Shown: positions 21,198 through 31,971 of the stretch, piece by piece
Position numbering within the stretch: the first letter of the stretch is position 1
Layout: every line of letters starts with the position of its first letter
Source of the DNA: a virus
Virus record (IMG/VR): IMGVR_UViG_3300021956_000013
Span: 1,236 to 65,235 of that record
Reading direction: 5' to 3' (one strand)
Length of the DNA stretch: 64,000 bases
Notes under the pieces: generated by a model
What the model was told of the DNA's origin: nothing
Databases searched by the model: none
What the model saw: the letters and a program-made list of their open reading frames with translations, nothing else
Made by a program: the position numbers and the translations under genes

Positions 21198-22796
21198 TTA
21201 GGAAGAGCGTCTCCCTTCGCCTTTAGGATTTCTACCTGCGGTGGTTGCAGTATTATCTGCTTGAGCCTGTTGACGTTCTGCATCACGAGTTCTATTACCA
21301 GCATTATTTGCAGCAGCGTCAGTTGCTTGACGAGCAGTAGGCTGAATCATAGAATCGCTTTCTTCACGTTCTGGCAAGTTAAGTAATTCACGAGCCTCAT
21401 TAGGAACCATAATCTGGTTCTTAACATAGTTAGTAAGAATCTGTGACTGAGCCAATTCATCAGTAAGAGTAAGTTCGTTAAACTTAAATTCTAGAATATC
21501 TGTCTTTTCACGAATAATCTTGTTAAGAATCTTTTCAAGATTACGTTGTGCAGGTCTAGCAACCTGTTCTTTAAATGTACGGTCTTGTGCTAGTGAGTCT
21601 GCAATTGATGAAGAACTACTACCGCCTAATTTTGACAATGGAACTTGATGAGCAACTAGGATATCGTCACGGTTCTGCTCACGATACTTTGTGAAAGAAC
21701 CCTCCTGAACACCAGCCTCAATAGGCTCCATTTTAAATTCGACCTTATTATTTTCGGTATCTCCTGGAAGTGGAATGTAAAGTGTACGGTGTGATTGACC
21801 TTTTAGACCAGTCTGTAGGAAACGGAATAACTTGTCTTCTGCTTCTTGTGTAAGTTGAGCACCCTTTAGAGTAACAATGTAACGAGGAACAGCCTTATTA
21901 TTGAAATAATCTATGTTGTATTGTGTGGCTAGAGCATCTCCAAGCAATGCTGGCATAGCAGCAATAACATCTGGAACACCATAGAAAGTGTTTAGTGGAG
22001 AATATTCCTTGATATGAATAATCTCATTTGGACGTTGGTCATCAGTAATATAGTTAACATTCTTTGCACCAAAGTTACGGAAATAAACAACTTTGTTAGC
22101 AATAATTTGAACATATCCGTCACGGAGTCTGCGTACACGCATCGTTGCTGCAGGAATATGACCAATATAGCCAATCTCTCCTGTAATTGTTCTACCAACT
22201 TCAATGTATCCGTTACCCATTGTGTGAACATCTGTAAATACCTTTTCAAGAACAGATGAGAATGATTCATCTTGATTTAGACTTTCTAGCCAATCCTTGA
22301 GTTGAATCTTAAGTCTTTCAATACGTTTGCGAGCACGAGCCATTTGGTCTGCTGTCGCTGCCTCTAATTTAAGGCTAGTCTTGTCAGAAACGATAAAGTC
22401 GTAGCCAAGACCAACGGTATTTTCAACCTTAGCATCGATAGCGGCGTGGTTAGCAAATGATGTATCATAGTAACTTGCTAGTTCGTATAGGTTGTATGGT
22501 GGCGTAATAACATCAAATAATGCATATGCATTACGGAATACCACACCAGGATTAATGGCATTTGAACGTGCTTCCCCAATACCCATTTGAATTGCACCAG
22601 CAGATTCTAAGTATGCATCGTCTCCAAGAGCCTTCGACATTCTTGCACTTCTACGCTTAAAATTAGTTTGCATACCACCAAATGATTTAATGTCGTCCCA
22701 CGACTTAATAAAAGGGTCTAAGTCTGCAAACTCATTTTTAACTACTTGTGCCTCATCTAGACGAGCAGGGGTATTAGCATATTCATAATAACTCAC
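21198..22796 (-). CDS. Portal protein
   Basis: GNGYIEVGR, HIPAATMRVR, YGVPD, FFNKAVP-like motif, HQVP; upstream of protease. Confidence 0.9.
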   Translation of the reverse strand: MSYYEYANTPARLDEAQVVKNEFADLDPFIKSWDDIKSFGGMQTNFKRRSARMSKALGDDAYLESAGAIQMGIGEARSNAINPGVVFRNAYALFDVITPPYNLYELASYYDTSFANHAAIDAKVENTVGLGYDFIVSDKTSLKLEAATADQMARARKRIERLKIQLKDWLESLNQDESFSSVLEKVFTDVHTMGNGYIEVGRTITGEIGYIGHIPAATMRVRRLRDGYVQIIANKVVYFRNFGAKNVNYITDDQRPNEIIHIKEYSPLNTFYGVPDVIAAMPALLGDALATQYNIDYFNNKAVPRYIVTLKGAQLTQEAEDKLFRFLQTGLKGQSHRTLYIPLPGDTENNKVEFKMEPIEAGVQEGSFTKYREQNRDDILVAHQVPLSKLGGSSSSSIADSLAQDRTFKEQVARPAQRNLEKILNKIIREKTDILEFKFNELTLTDELAQSQILTNYVKNQIMVPNEARELLNLPEREESDSMIQPTARQATDAAANNAGNRTRDAERQQAQADNTATTAGRNPKGEGRRSS

Positions 22797-23197
22797 TAAT
22801 CATCACGTCCATATAGGTCTAACGTCTTTTTGGCATCTACTAAAGCACCAAGGTCTGTTTCAGATGGAATGAATCCTTGAGCCATGCGGTCAATCTGCTC
22901 ACTGTATTCTTCATCTGATACCTTGCGAACATTTGCATAGAACAAAGCCTGACCGTCAGGGAATCCTAGCCATCTTGCCTCGTTACGAAGTAGTGTAATT
23001 CTTGACTCATCTCCACGCATTGAATCAATGCTTAGGGCATTTCCATGGTCATCTGTCAAAACCTTACCAGAACGCAACTGCCAAACGTAAATACCATAGT
23101 CTGAGAATGGTTCCTCTATAACAGAAATTTTTGTTTTGCCAATTTGGTTGGGCATGACTTGACCAATATCTTTGTTAGTGTCTATATTCATAACCAC
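22796..23197 (-). CDS. Hypothetical protein upstream of portal
   Basis: 133 aa, stop overlaps portal start. Confidence 0.7.
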   Translation of the reverse strand: MVMNIDTNKDIGQVMPNQIGKTKISVIEEPFSDYGIYVWQLRSGKVLTDDHGNALSIDSMRGDESRITLLRNEARWLGFPDGQALFYANVRKVSDEEYSEQIDRMAQGFIPSETDLGALVDAKKTLDLYGRDD

Positions 23198-23209
23198 TAG
23201 TATACCATA

Positions 23210-26200
23210 TTATGTGGGATTAACAATAAAAGTTTGAACTTCTGCTTTTTGATAATAGACATGTTTTTCATCATAAATGCTTAATTTTCTTAAATCGTCC
23301 GTATCCGATGTTAGTTTATTTGTATTTGTATAAATATTGTAAATATCTGGCAAATTAACTATTTCTTTTTGTGGATTTGGCTCTGTCAATAAATCATTCC
23401 AGGTTATTTGATTCCAATATGACCAAGAATATGATGATAATGCTGGCGTATATGGATGTAAAACATGGTTCCAAGTTCTATTTATTAGATACTGTGTTAA
23501 TCCAAAATTATTTGTTTGATAATATGATAAGTTATCTATAGATACAGGACCAACTATATTGAAATATCCAGAATATGAGTCAAACTCTAGTGTGTCTGTA
23601 AAGACTATGCCAAGAACAGCCCATTCATTATTATTAATTGTTGGGGTACTTGTTTGTACTCCATTTATATAATATTTAATATTTTCATCAACTATCCCAT
23701 TGCTAGAAACTGCATAGATTTTTCCGCTTACTGTGTCAGTTCCTGTAGTGGATGGTGGAACATAATCTGTAGATGAAAGATAAAACGTATGTGTTTTATA
23801 TTTAGATTTTAACTCAAATATTTTTACTGGGGTAGTTCCAGAAAATGGTGTTGGAGTATTGTAGCCATCTCCAAGACCTTCATAGTATACGAATGTCTGA
23901 ATTCCAGTAATATTATATGATGGCGATAAATTTTCATTTAGTGGAATTTTTAATGCTCTATAAAATCCATTAGATGCTGCATCAAAATTTCCAACCAATC
24001 TAATTCCAGATTGCCTAGACATATTCAGCAAAGGTTGACTAACTTTATTGATAATAAAAGGATTTTTATTTTTATAGTTAATGTTTGTTTGATTCCCAGA
24101 ACCATCAAGTGTGTATGTATAAGGAATTATGTCTTGACCATATTTAGTTTTAATTCTTGTTGGAGAAATTGCATCTAGTGACACTGGAGAAAGTTGTATA
24201 TAGTTTAATTCTATTTGTCTATATGTTGCATCTTGAACACTAAAATCTAAATGAATTACCATGTCTAAAAGATTGTAATCAATTCCTGGTGGAAAATATA
24301 TTGCAAAATCGTCATATACTTGATACTTGCTTGTTTCCCAAGATGAGTCTGGAATAATTGTTCTTTTGGTGCTTGGTGCAACTCCCCATCCTGGTAATGC
24401 AATTGAGTTTACTGTATATGAACTATCACTTACATATTCTTTATTTGAAGAATATTGAAAAGTTATATATGCTTTTACTGGAAGAAAATATTGCGTACTA
24501 AAATATTGACCATTATAAAAAATTGGGGTAGGATAGTCGATATTAAATTGAATAAAATCTAATGTTGGAACCAATGTTGACAATGAATTATTTTTATTTT
24601 GAGAAAGCGTAGATAAGGAAACTCTATGTTTCCAAGATGCATAAGTATTTAATGCAGGTTTTTTCTCGCTTCCTAAAGAAATGCCATTTTGATTATAAAC
24701 AACTACCTCATACGAACCATATAATTGGTCTTGCCAATGTTCTGACGTAGAACTTCCACCAGAGGTAATTACAGAAGGATATACAAACATTCCATTTGAA
24801 TCTATCAATAGTGACCTTTTTGCTAAATTTTCTTTTGTTAAAAATTTTATTCTTGGTGTTTGGTTAGTGATTAATGTTTTGTCTACAGATAAATCATTAT
24901 CTCCACAACAATAAAACTTAATGTTAGATGGATTTGAAAAAAATCTTTTTAAGTTTTTATTATATGTATCTGAAAATTTATCTATGTCAATACCAATTAA
25001 AAAGTTGTACACAGTTAGTCCACCGCTTGTTTGAGCACTCAATGTTTGTGTTGTAAGATTAGTTTCTGTTGTTGCATTATATTTAAATCTATATGAAACA
25101 GTTGTACCATTTAATGAAATTATAAAATAATTATCCCCATTTATAAATTTAAAAATTATTTGCTCTGAATTTGTTGGATTTTCAAAATAACCAGACATGT
25201 AAAATGCTTTTACTGGTCTTCCGATACTATTATCTGTTTTTAAAATATCAAAACTATCAAATTCAATATTTGTTGCTATAGATGACCAGGTAGAATCTGG
25301 TTTAAAGAATGAATTTGGTGAATAAACTAATGCACTAGTGCTATTTAAAAAGGTAGTAACTGTTTGTTCTGTATTGCTAAAATTAAAAGTTGGAAGATTA
25401 TATTTATTAGTAACCAATGCATCATTTCTTATTTTAAGATTATCGGATATTCCAAATCCCCAAGAGGTTGTTTGTGGATAATTATGACTTTTTCTATATC
25501 CTGCAGAATTAAAATCAATTGAGACTGCTGTTCCACCATATTTTTTATTTATATATTGTGGAAAACTAATTGCTTGACCAAGGGCATATCTAATCTTAAA
25601 AATATCTGAGTCAAGAATATGTCCAAAAATTGATGGACAGTCATAATAAGCATTTTCTAGGTAAATATAACTTCCAATTGCTTGATTATTAAATAGTGAA
25701 ATATTGGATTCATCTAGAGAAAAGTTTATAATTCTTTCGCCATTTAGATATGTAGATATTTCCTTTTCTGAATATGTAATATTTATAAGCATTGGTTTGT
25801 TTGCATCTTTAATATAATATGTTCCAAATTTATTTCCAATTTGTAAAACTAAAGTATCTTTTGTAGTTCCGCTATTTGAATAGAAAAATAATCCATTATC
25901 TCCACATGTAATTAATGGAGTTAGTCCATATGGCTGTTCTGATATCTTAATCCATGTTTCAAAAGTATATGTATTATATTTTCCAGAAGAATTCAAAAAT
26001 CCATAGGATGGGAGCATTAATGTTGTATTAATTTTAGTTGCACCTGTAGAGCCAGATATTAATGGAATGCTATTAGATGTATTAGTTGTTCCAAAGTAAT
26101 ATCCTGTATTTAAAGATGTTCCATATGCTTTTGCTTCATATCCATTACCAAGTGTTGACGAACCATTGCCAATTGCATTATCAATATTTATTAATGGTGC

Positions 26201-26287
26201 AGTTGACAAATCTTCATCTAATGCCCAAAGAGCAATTGGATGATGTTTATAAATTTCATTTGCATAAAGATTGGATGCGGTAGCCAT
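23210..26287 (-). CDS. Large beta-rich virion protein (LamG/concanavalin-like N-terminus)
   Basis: HPIALWALDE start, YTFETWIK and ISTYLNG motifs; 1025 aa. Confidence 0.6.
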   Translation of the reverse strand: MATASNLYANEIYKHHPIALWALDEDLSTAPLINIDNAIGNGSSTLGNGYEAKAYGTSLNTGYYFGTTNTSNSIPLISGSTGATKINTTLMLPSYGFLNSSGKYNTYTFETWIKISEQPYGLTPLITCGDNGLFFYSNSGTTKDTLVLQIGNKFGTYYIKDANKPMLINITYSEKEISTYLNGERIINFSLDESNISLFNNQAIGSYIYLENAYYDCPSIFGHILDSDIFKIRYALGQAISFPQYINKKYGGTAVSIDFNSAGYRKSHNYPQTTSWGFGISDNLKIRNDALVTNKYNLPTFNFSNTEQTVTTFLNSTSALVYSPNSFFKPDSTWSSIATNIEFDSFDILKTDNSIGRPVKAFYMSGYFENPTNSEQIIFKFINGDNYFIISLNGTTVSYRFKYNATTETNLTTQTLSAQTSGGLTVYNFLIGIDIDKFSDTYNKNLKRFFSNPSNIKFYCCGDNDLSVDKTLITNQTPRIKFLTKENLAKRSLLIDSNGMFVYPSVITSGGSSTSEHWQDQLYGSYEVVVYNQNGISLGSEKKPALNTYASWKHRVSLSTLSQNKNNSLSTLVPTLDFIQFNIDYPTPIFYNGQYFSTQYFLPVKAYITFQYSSNKEYVSDSSYTVNSIALPGWGVAPSTKRTIIPDSSWETSKYQVYDDFAIYFPPGIDYNLLDMVIHLDFSVQDATYRQIELNYIQLSPVSLDAISPTRIKTKYGQDIIPYTYTLDGSGNQTNINYKNKNPFIINKVSQPLLNMSRQSGIRLVGNFDAASNGFYRALKIPLNENLSPSYNITGIQTFVYYEGLGDGYNTPTPFSGTTPVKIFELKSKYKTHTFYLSSTDYVPPSTTGTDTVSGKIYAVSSNGIVDENIKYYINGVQTSTPTINNNEWAVLGIVFTDTLEFDSYSGYFNIVGPVSIDNLSYYQTNNFGLTQYLINRTWNHVLHPYTPALSSYSWSYWNQITWNDLLTEPNPQKEIVNLPDIYNIYTNTNKLTSDTDDLRKLSIYDEKHVYYQKAEVQTFIVNPT

Positions 26288-26312
26288 ATCTTCTATTCTA
26301 CCACATAAGAAA

Positions 26313-26340
26313 ATACCCTGCCAAGTTAATGACAGGGTAT
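26313..26340 (-). terminator. Hairpin after nrdJ
   Basis: ataccctg...cagggtat inverted repeat. Confidence 0.55.
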
Positions 26341-26349
26341 CTTACTTAT

Positions 26350-28389
26350 TTAGTTTTTATCTGGAATTTTGATTTCACAGTAATCGGTGGTGCAGTAGGC
26401 TTCGCCTTGTGCTTCCAGATTATCTACTCCATCATAGATGGCAGAGAAATTAATCTTAGCCAATCTACCAATGTAGTAATCATATTCATCTTCTGTAATT
26501 TCTGTATATGGTTGCTGTGGATAAACATCATTGCCCATTGATAGGAATGATACCGCCTTTAACTGACCTTCGTACATATTTAGAACAGATGTGATGTGTT
26601 GTGTTTCTTTTTCCTTGTCAAATGACAGGGTTACAGAAACTCCGTTGTCAGACCAATACTTCTGGGCGGTAGCAGCAAGTGCTGTTTTCTCAAATAGAGT
26701 AACATCCTTTTCTGCTCTCTTATGTCCAGATGCGATTGGAAAATAGACTACGGAAGTATTTGCTGATACAAGGTCTGCTTCAATCTTGTACCCTGCTGCT
26801 TTAAACAAATGAAGCATTGGGTCTTGATTGCTAAAACGGATTGCTCTTAGATAGAACTTTCCACCTGGACCCCAGTGAACACCAGGGGTAGCACCAGAAA
26901 GAATTGACACAGAACCAGATGGCTTAACAGTAGTTACACGAATTGATTCACGAACACATAGCCACTCTGAATACTTGTTGTCATAGTAGCGAATCTTGTT
27001 ATAGCCTTCATCCATCCAATTACGAACAGTTGGAAGACCATGCTCATCGGCAAATGATGCGATACCAGTTAGAGATGTTCCGATTCTACGGTTTCTCTGC
27101 ATGATACCATTAGTCTGTTGCCAGTGTGTAGGAAGAAGTGTAACTGTCTTACCATACAGATAGGCAAACTTCAGTGTACGCAAAAAGTCTTCCTTTGAAT
27201 CGTGACGATTTAGATGAACCTCTACAAGCGTACAAAGTTCATATGATTCTAATGGCTGTTCTGCACATGGATTGAATCCCATAACACGGAAATCCTTTCC
27301 ATCTGGAGCATCAGCCAAGCGACCATAGTTTCTAGCAACATCTAGCCAGATAAATCCTGGTTCACCATTGTCAGCAATTCGGTCAACGTATTTTGAGTAA
27401 TCCATGCCAACAGTTGCAGAAACTGAATTGTTTGACATCCAAGCCCATCCTGGATTTTCTGGGTCATAAGAATTACGCTCAGGGAATACTTCTGGATTCT
27501 TTAGGTTTAGGAAGTCATCATCTCCTTCTGCACCCAAAGCAAGGGTAGCAGAACGTCTGACGTTACCAGATACCACACAAGTACCAATAAGGTTAACTAA
27601 GTCCACAATAGCACGAGCATCTAGTGTCTCGCCAATACGTTGACTAAGAACATGATTGATTTTTTCGTGCAATTTGATTAGTGGTGCTGGTCCTGATGCT
27701 ATTCCACCAAACCCCTTGATTGGGGCACCCTCTGGTCTGATAGCCCTATAACTAAAAATTGGAATTGTCTGTCCCTGACGTAAATATCCATTAATAAGAA
27801 TTCTTACTGATTCAACCCATCCTTCACGAGTATCTGGTATTTCCCAGAAAGCCTCTGCTTCAAATGGTGAATAGATTTGGAAGTTCTTGTCTTTACCAAG
27901 GGTGTCAAAACCAACTCCAATACCAAGCATAAGAGCATCCATTACCCATGCAAATAGGGCACCTGGGTCATTTTTGTCTAGGTCTTTTGTAGATACCATG
28001 GCACAATTCTGCAATGCCGCTGAATTACGCTTTTCCATTGTAAGTGGTGTACCAAATGTCCACATACCACGACCTGGTGGTGTCCATTTTAGGCTGAACA
28101 TCCTATCAAATGCTTCTTGTGCTGATTTCTGTGCTTTATAATCATTCCATGGGAGACGATTCTCCTTTGCATGGTTTTTCTGGACAGAATACATACCTTC
28201 AATAACTCTGCGTACAACTTCGTACCAGCGTTCTTTGGTTCCGTCATCTTTGACTCGTGAGTAAGTGCGAACAAAGGTAATTTCACCTAGTGCGTTGCCA
28301 CCTGCATCCACGAATCCAAAGGGTGATTCCAACGTTTTATACTTTTCGACAAAATCTGTTGGTAGGGTAAAAGAAAAAAATTCCGACAT
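26350..28389 (-). CDS. nrdJ: Class II (B12-dependent) ribonucleotide reductase
   Basis: PPGRG, NCAMVST, GFNPCAEQPLESYELCTLVE (NPCxE), TVKPSGSVS, C-terminal YCTTDYC. Confidence 0.9.
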   Translation of the reverse strand: MSEFFSFTLPTDFVEKYKTLESPFGFVDAGGNALGEITFVRTYSRVKDDGTKERWYEVVRRVIEGMYSVQKNHAKENRLPWNDYKAQKSAQEAFDRMFSLKWTPPGRGMWTFGTPLTMEKRNSAALQNCAMVSTKDLDKNDPGALFAWVMDALMLGIGVGFDTLGKDKNFQIYSPFEAEAFWEIPDTREGWVESVRILINGYLRQGQTIPIFSYRAIRPEGAPIKGFGGIASGPAPLIKLHEKINHVLSQRIGETLDARAIVDLVNLIGTCVVSGNVRRSATLALGAEGDDDFLNLKNPEVFPERNSYDPENPGWAWMSNNSVSATVGMDYSKYVDRIADNGEPGFIWLDVARNYGRLADAPDGKDFRVMGFNPCAEQPLESYELCTLVEVHLNRHDSKEDFLRTLKFAYLYGKTVTLLPTHWQQTNGIMQRNRRIGTSLTGIASFADEHGLPTVRNWMDEGYNKIRYYDNKYSEWLCVRESIRVTTVKPSGSVSILSGATPGVHWGPGGKFYLRAIRFSNQDPMLHLFKAAGYKIEADLVSANTSVVYFPIASGHKRAEKDVTLFEKTALAATAQKYWSDNGVSVTLSFDKEKETQHITSVLNMYEGQLKAVSFLSMGNDVYPQQPYTEITEDEYDYYIGRLAKINFSAIYDGVDNLEAQGEAYCTTDYCEIKIPDKN

Positions 28390-28474
28390 AGTGTTTCCAC
28401 CTTTCAATAACTGTGATGTATAAAGTATAGCACAGTTTTAAAAAATAGCAAACACTATATCGAAATTTAATAAA

Positions 28475-28738
28475 TTATTCTGGAACTACTTCAGATTTTG
28501 GAAGTGATTCAAGTTCTGCAAGATAAACCTCGATTGCAACTGAAAGAAGATTAGCATTCTTCTCTGCCTCTGCAAGACTCTTTGCGGTCTCTTCTGCATT
28601 TTCTGCTGTTGCATTCTTCTCAATAATTACTTTATTAAGTTCATGCTGATATCCTTGGACAGCAAACTGTTGTACTTGCTGATTAAGAACACCTCGTAGT
28701 TGGTCTGTTGTTAGAACAGATTTAAAATCAAATGACAT
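28475..28738 (-). CDS. Hypothetical protein
   Basis: 87 aa with own extended -10 promoter and GAAAGG RBS. Confidence 0.65.
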   Translation of the reverse strand: MSFDFKSVLTTDQLRGVLNQQVQQFAVQGYQHELNKVIIEKNATAENAEETAKSLAEAEKNANLLSVAIEVYLAELESLPKSEVVPE

Positions 28739-28856
28739 GATTTCCTTTCGGTTAGTGTGTATTAATTATAGCACATACCTTGCATTTTAGTCAAATAGTG
28801 GTATAATTGATATACGACACCCTTCAAAAAGGTGTTTTTCCATTAAGGAGGAAAAT

Positions 28857-29405
28857 ATGAATAATTTAAAAATCAAAAGATTACTCGCTACAGGAATTTT
28901 AAGTTTAACGCTGACTGGTTGTGTTACCCCTCAAGCCAGTGCTGCTGAAATACCTACAATAAAAACAGTTGTAAATAAAAAAACAAATATTACAACTAGT
29001 TTAATTCACACTGCTAAACTAAATAAAAATACTGCAAAGATGAAAGAAACGATAATGAAGATATTTCATCGTGTAAATAAAACTCCATATGTTTTTGCTG
29101 GTTCTAGCCCTTATGGTTGGGATTGTTCTGGAATGGTTAGATGGATGTATGAGCAATTTGGAAAAACATTGCCTCATTCTGCTACCGCCCAAGCAAGAGT
29201 TGGAACAAGAGTTATGACCCCAAAACTTGGAGATATTGTTGTCTTTGGCTACAAAGGTTATAAAAGTTATTATCACTCAGCAATTTATATTGGAAAAGGC
29301 AAGGTGGTTAATGCAAACTCAGGAGCAGGAACTACAATAATTGAGCCATTGTCTAATTATAAAAATAACAGAATTGTTTTTATAAGGATTGTTCCTACTG
29401 CTTAA
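28857..29405 (+). CDS. NlpC/P60 peptidoglycan endopeptidase, putative lipoprotein
   Basis: TPYVFAGSSPYGWDCSGMV, LPHSATAQ, HSAIYIG; LTGC lipobox-like signal. Confidence 0.85.
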   Translation: MNNLKIKRLLATGILSLTLTGCVTPQASAAEIPTIKTVVNKKTNITTSLIHTAKLNKNTAKMKETIMKIFHRVNKTPYVFAGSSPYGWDCSGMVRWMYEQFGKTLPHSATAQARVGTRVMTPKLGDIVVFGYKGYKSYYHSAIYIGKGKVVNANSGAGTTIIEPLSNYKNNRIVFIRIVPTA

Positions 29406-29407
29406 AA

Positions 29408-31951
29408 TTAAACAACATAGCCACCGATAGTGCCATTAGCATTAAATACAACCACTACAGCAGTTCCGCTAGTTGCGGCTAGTGTAAAAGATGTTGCAGA
29501 TGCGGAACCTGCTGGCACTGCAGCAGCCGATGCCCCTGCCAAGTTAACTGCGGCAAAGGTAGATGCAACATCCGCTGCAATGCTTACTGTTGACGATGTT
29601 GCTGCGGTATTCCTTAAATACATTTCAACCCTTCTACCAGCAGTAAGATTGCTTACGTTTAGGGTAACAGTTGCACCAAATGAACCAGTCATTGCATACT
29701 CTGTTATTGTTGACGCATCGATTGTTGATGTTGTTGGAGATGTCGAAGAAGAATTTCCCCTTGTTATAGATGCAATGGTTGGGGTAACAATTGTTGGAGA
29801 AGTGGAGAACACAATATTTGTGCTTGTTGTACCAGTTGTTCCTGTTGCAGAAGTTAAATAATTAAGTTTTGTTGCTGTAGTTGTAACGCTAGTTCCAGCA
29901 AGTTGAAATGTGTTGGCTATATTGGTGGTTCCATTTAGTGTATTTGTTCCAGTACTTGTTCCAATATTAATTGTTTTTGTACCTGCTGCTGTTGCAGCAA
30001 TATTTATAGTACCAGATGTTACGCTACCAAACATATTAACTGTTGCAGTTGTTAGATTTGTATTAAATAAAGCCAATGTTCCAGTAGTGACGTTTGTGCT
30101 AAGTGTTGGAGCATTTAAGTTTAATGTTGTTCCAGCCTGTACTGTTGTGGTTCCTAGAGATGTAGAACCAAGAGTAAATGCTGTTGCTGCACCACCAATG
30201 TTTAAGGTGGTTGATACGGTATTAAAAGCATCCATAGATGAAGGACCGACTAAGCCTGTAGTTCCAAGAGTAACTGCTCCGTTTAAAGTAATGGTTGGAG
30301 TTGTTCCAGCAGTTGTACCGATAGTGATTGTAGTTGTTGAACCTGTTGTTCCAGCAGTGCCAATATTGATTGCTTTTGTTCCAACAGTAGTGGCTGCTGT
30401 TCCCATATTTATGGTAATTCCAGAAGAACCTAATGTTCCAAGGTTTAATGCACCTCTACTACCACCGTTACCTGCGGTTCCAGGATTAATTGTTACGCTA
30501 CCAGAGTTATTTCCACCATTTGCTGTTGAAGAGTTTTGACTACCACTTTGAATATTTATTGAACCTGTTGCAGAACCAGTAGTAGATGTAGTCAAAGTTG
30601 ATAGGTCAAAAGCAACTCCAGTAAGGGCTGTTGACGATGAAATTGTTGGAATTACTAATGTTCCAGTAAGTGTTGGAGAAGCAGAATATACTGGGCTACC
30701 AGTTCCTGTTGCTGCTACCCAAGTTGGTGCTACTGATGCTGATGCTGAAACTACTGATGTCAAAGCATATGTTCCATTTGTAGTGGGGGCTGTTACCTGA
30801 CCAATAGTGTCTGTAGCAGAAGCATAAATTAGATTGTTTATAGTAGCATTTGCTGGATATGTGACTGTTGATTCTACCCAGTTTGTTCCATCTGCTCTTA
30901 ATAGTTTATTTACTGTTGCAGTATTTGGAAATGTTGGGGTAGACCATACTGGTGTTCCTGTTCCAGCAGAACGTAAAATTTGACCTGCTGAACCAACAGC
31001 AGTAAGAGCAATAGATGTAGAATTAGAAAATGCTATGGCACCTGCAGATGCTGTCAAAGATGCATTTGTTCCTCCACCAGCAAGTGCAGTAGTGGCTAGT
31101 GTTTCTCCATTTCTGGCTGGTATGGTAAGAGCAACAGCAGAAGCAGATGTAGCAGGAGTAAGAGTAAAAACACCATTTGATGGTGCAATCATTCCAAGAC
31201 TAAGAATACCAGTAAGTGCTTGACCAGAAGTTTGAGAAGTAATCTGCACTTGTGTTGTTCCAATATAATAAGAACCAACACCAATAAACTGTGTATATGT
31301 TACAGCATCAGTTCCAATTTTAATGGAACCTGCTGGACCAGTTCCTGTAGCAGAAGAAGTTGTAAGCATATAGGCTTCATTAGCATTTGTATCTCCGTCA
31401 GTTACATATAAAAAGTCTCCTTCTGCCATTTCTCCAGCAATAGAGTTGTTTGAATCTTCTGTACGAGTAAGAATACCTGCTACTCCAACAGCAGGTACTG
31501 TTGAAACATAGTAAATACCATTTGCTTTTGATGCTGTTCCAGAATCAGCAGTTACACCATTTTTAACAAGAACACGGTCATTAAGAGCAAGGTTTACTGT
31601 TGTTGAGTCAATTTTTTGTACACCAGTTGCAGAAAAAGTAATTGTTGCACCAACACCTCTACCACCAGAAGCATCTACTGGTAATGGTCCATCTGCATAT
31701 ACAGCAGCAAGTGTTGTAGTGGTAGCAAATTTAGCATTTTCGTGTACGTTAATTCCAGCCTGAACAGCGGTGATTTGACTTTGAAGATTTGTAAGCATAC
31801 CATAAATACCATCGCTATTTGCTGCAAGTTTTGTAGACCCATAGTAAAGATAATTGATAGTATCCTGGATATTGGCAGTATCTGTAAGTGCCGAAATATA
31901 CGGAGCACCTGTTACACCAGGAATTGAGGGATATGATAATGCAGTAGCCAT
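29408..31951 (-). CDS. Thr/Gly-rich tail fibre-like protein
   Basis: 847 aa, T/S/G/A-rich beta-repeat pattern (INIGT); NDRVLVKNG..NGIY motif common in fibres. Confidence 0.65.
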   Translation of the reverse strand: MATALSYPSIPGVTGAPYISALTDTANIQDTINYLYYGSTKLAANSDGIYGMLTNLQSQITAVQAGINVHENAKFATTTTLAAVYADGPLPVDASGGRGVGATITFSATGVQKIDSTTVNLALNDRVLVKNGVTADSGTASKANGIYYVSTVPAVGVAGILTRTEDSNNSIAGEMAEGDFLYVTDGDTNANEAYMLTTSSATGTGPAGSIKIGTDAVTYTQFIGVGSYYIGTTQVQITSQTSGQALTGILSLGMIAPSNGVFTLTPATSASAVALTIPARNGETLATTALAGGGTNASLTASAGAIAFSNSTSIALTAVGSAGQILRSAGTGTPVWSTPTFPNTATVNKLLRADGTNWVESTVTYPANATINNLIYASATDTIGQVTAPTTNGTYALTSVVSASASVAPTWVAATGTGSPVYSASPTLTGTLVIPTISSSTALTGVAFDLSTLTTSTTGSATGSINIQSGSQNSSTANGGNNSGSVTINPGTAGNGGSRGALNLGTLGSSGITINMGTAATTVGTKAINIGTAGTTGSTTTITIGTTAGTTPTITLNGAVTLGTTGLVGPSSMDAFNTVSTTLNIGGAATAFTLGSTSLGTTTVQAGTTLNLNAPTLSTNVTTGTLALFNTNLTTATVNMFGSVTSGTINIAATAAGTKTINIGTSTGTNTLNGTTNIANTFQLAGTSVTTTATKLNYLTSATGTTGTTSTNIVFSTSPTIVTPTIASITRGNSSSTSPTTSTIDASTITEYAMTGSFGATVTLNVSNLTAGRRVEMYLRNTAATSSTVSIAADVASTFAAVNLAGASAAAVPAGSASATSFTLAATSGTAVVVVFNANGTIGGYVV

Positions 31952-31971
31952 AAACTAATTATAGCACAGCC

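Noticed and set aside
29430-31411. Val/Pro-rich plus-strand ORFs
   Set aside because: Antisense reading of Thr/Gly codons of the fibre gene
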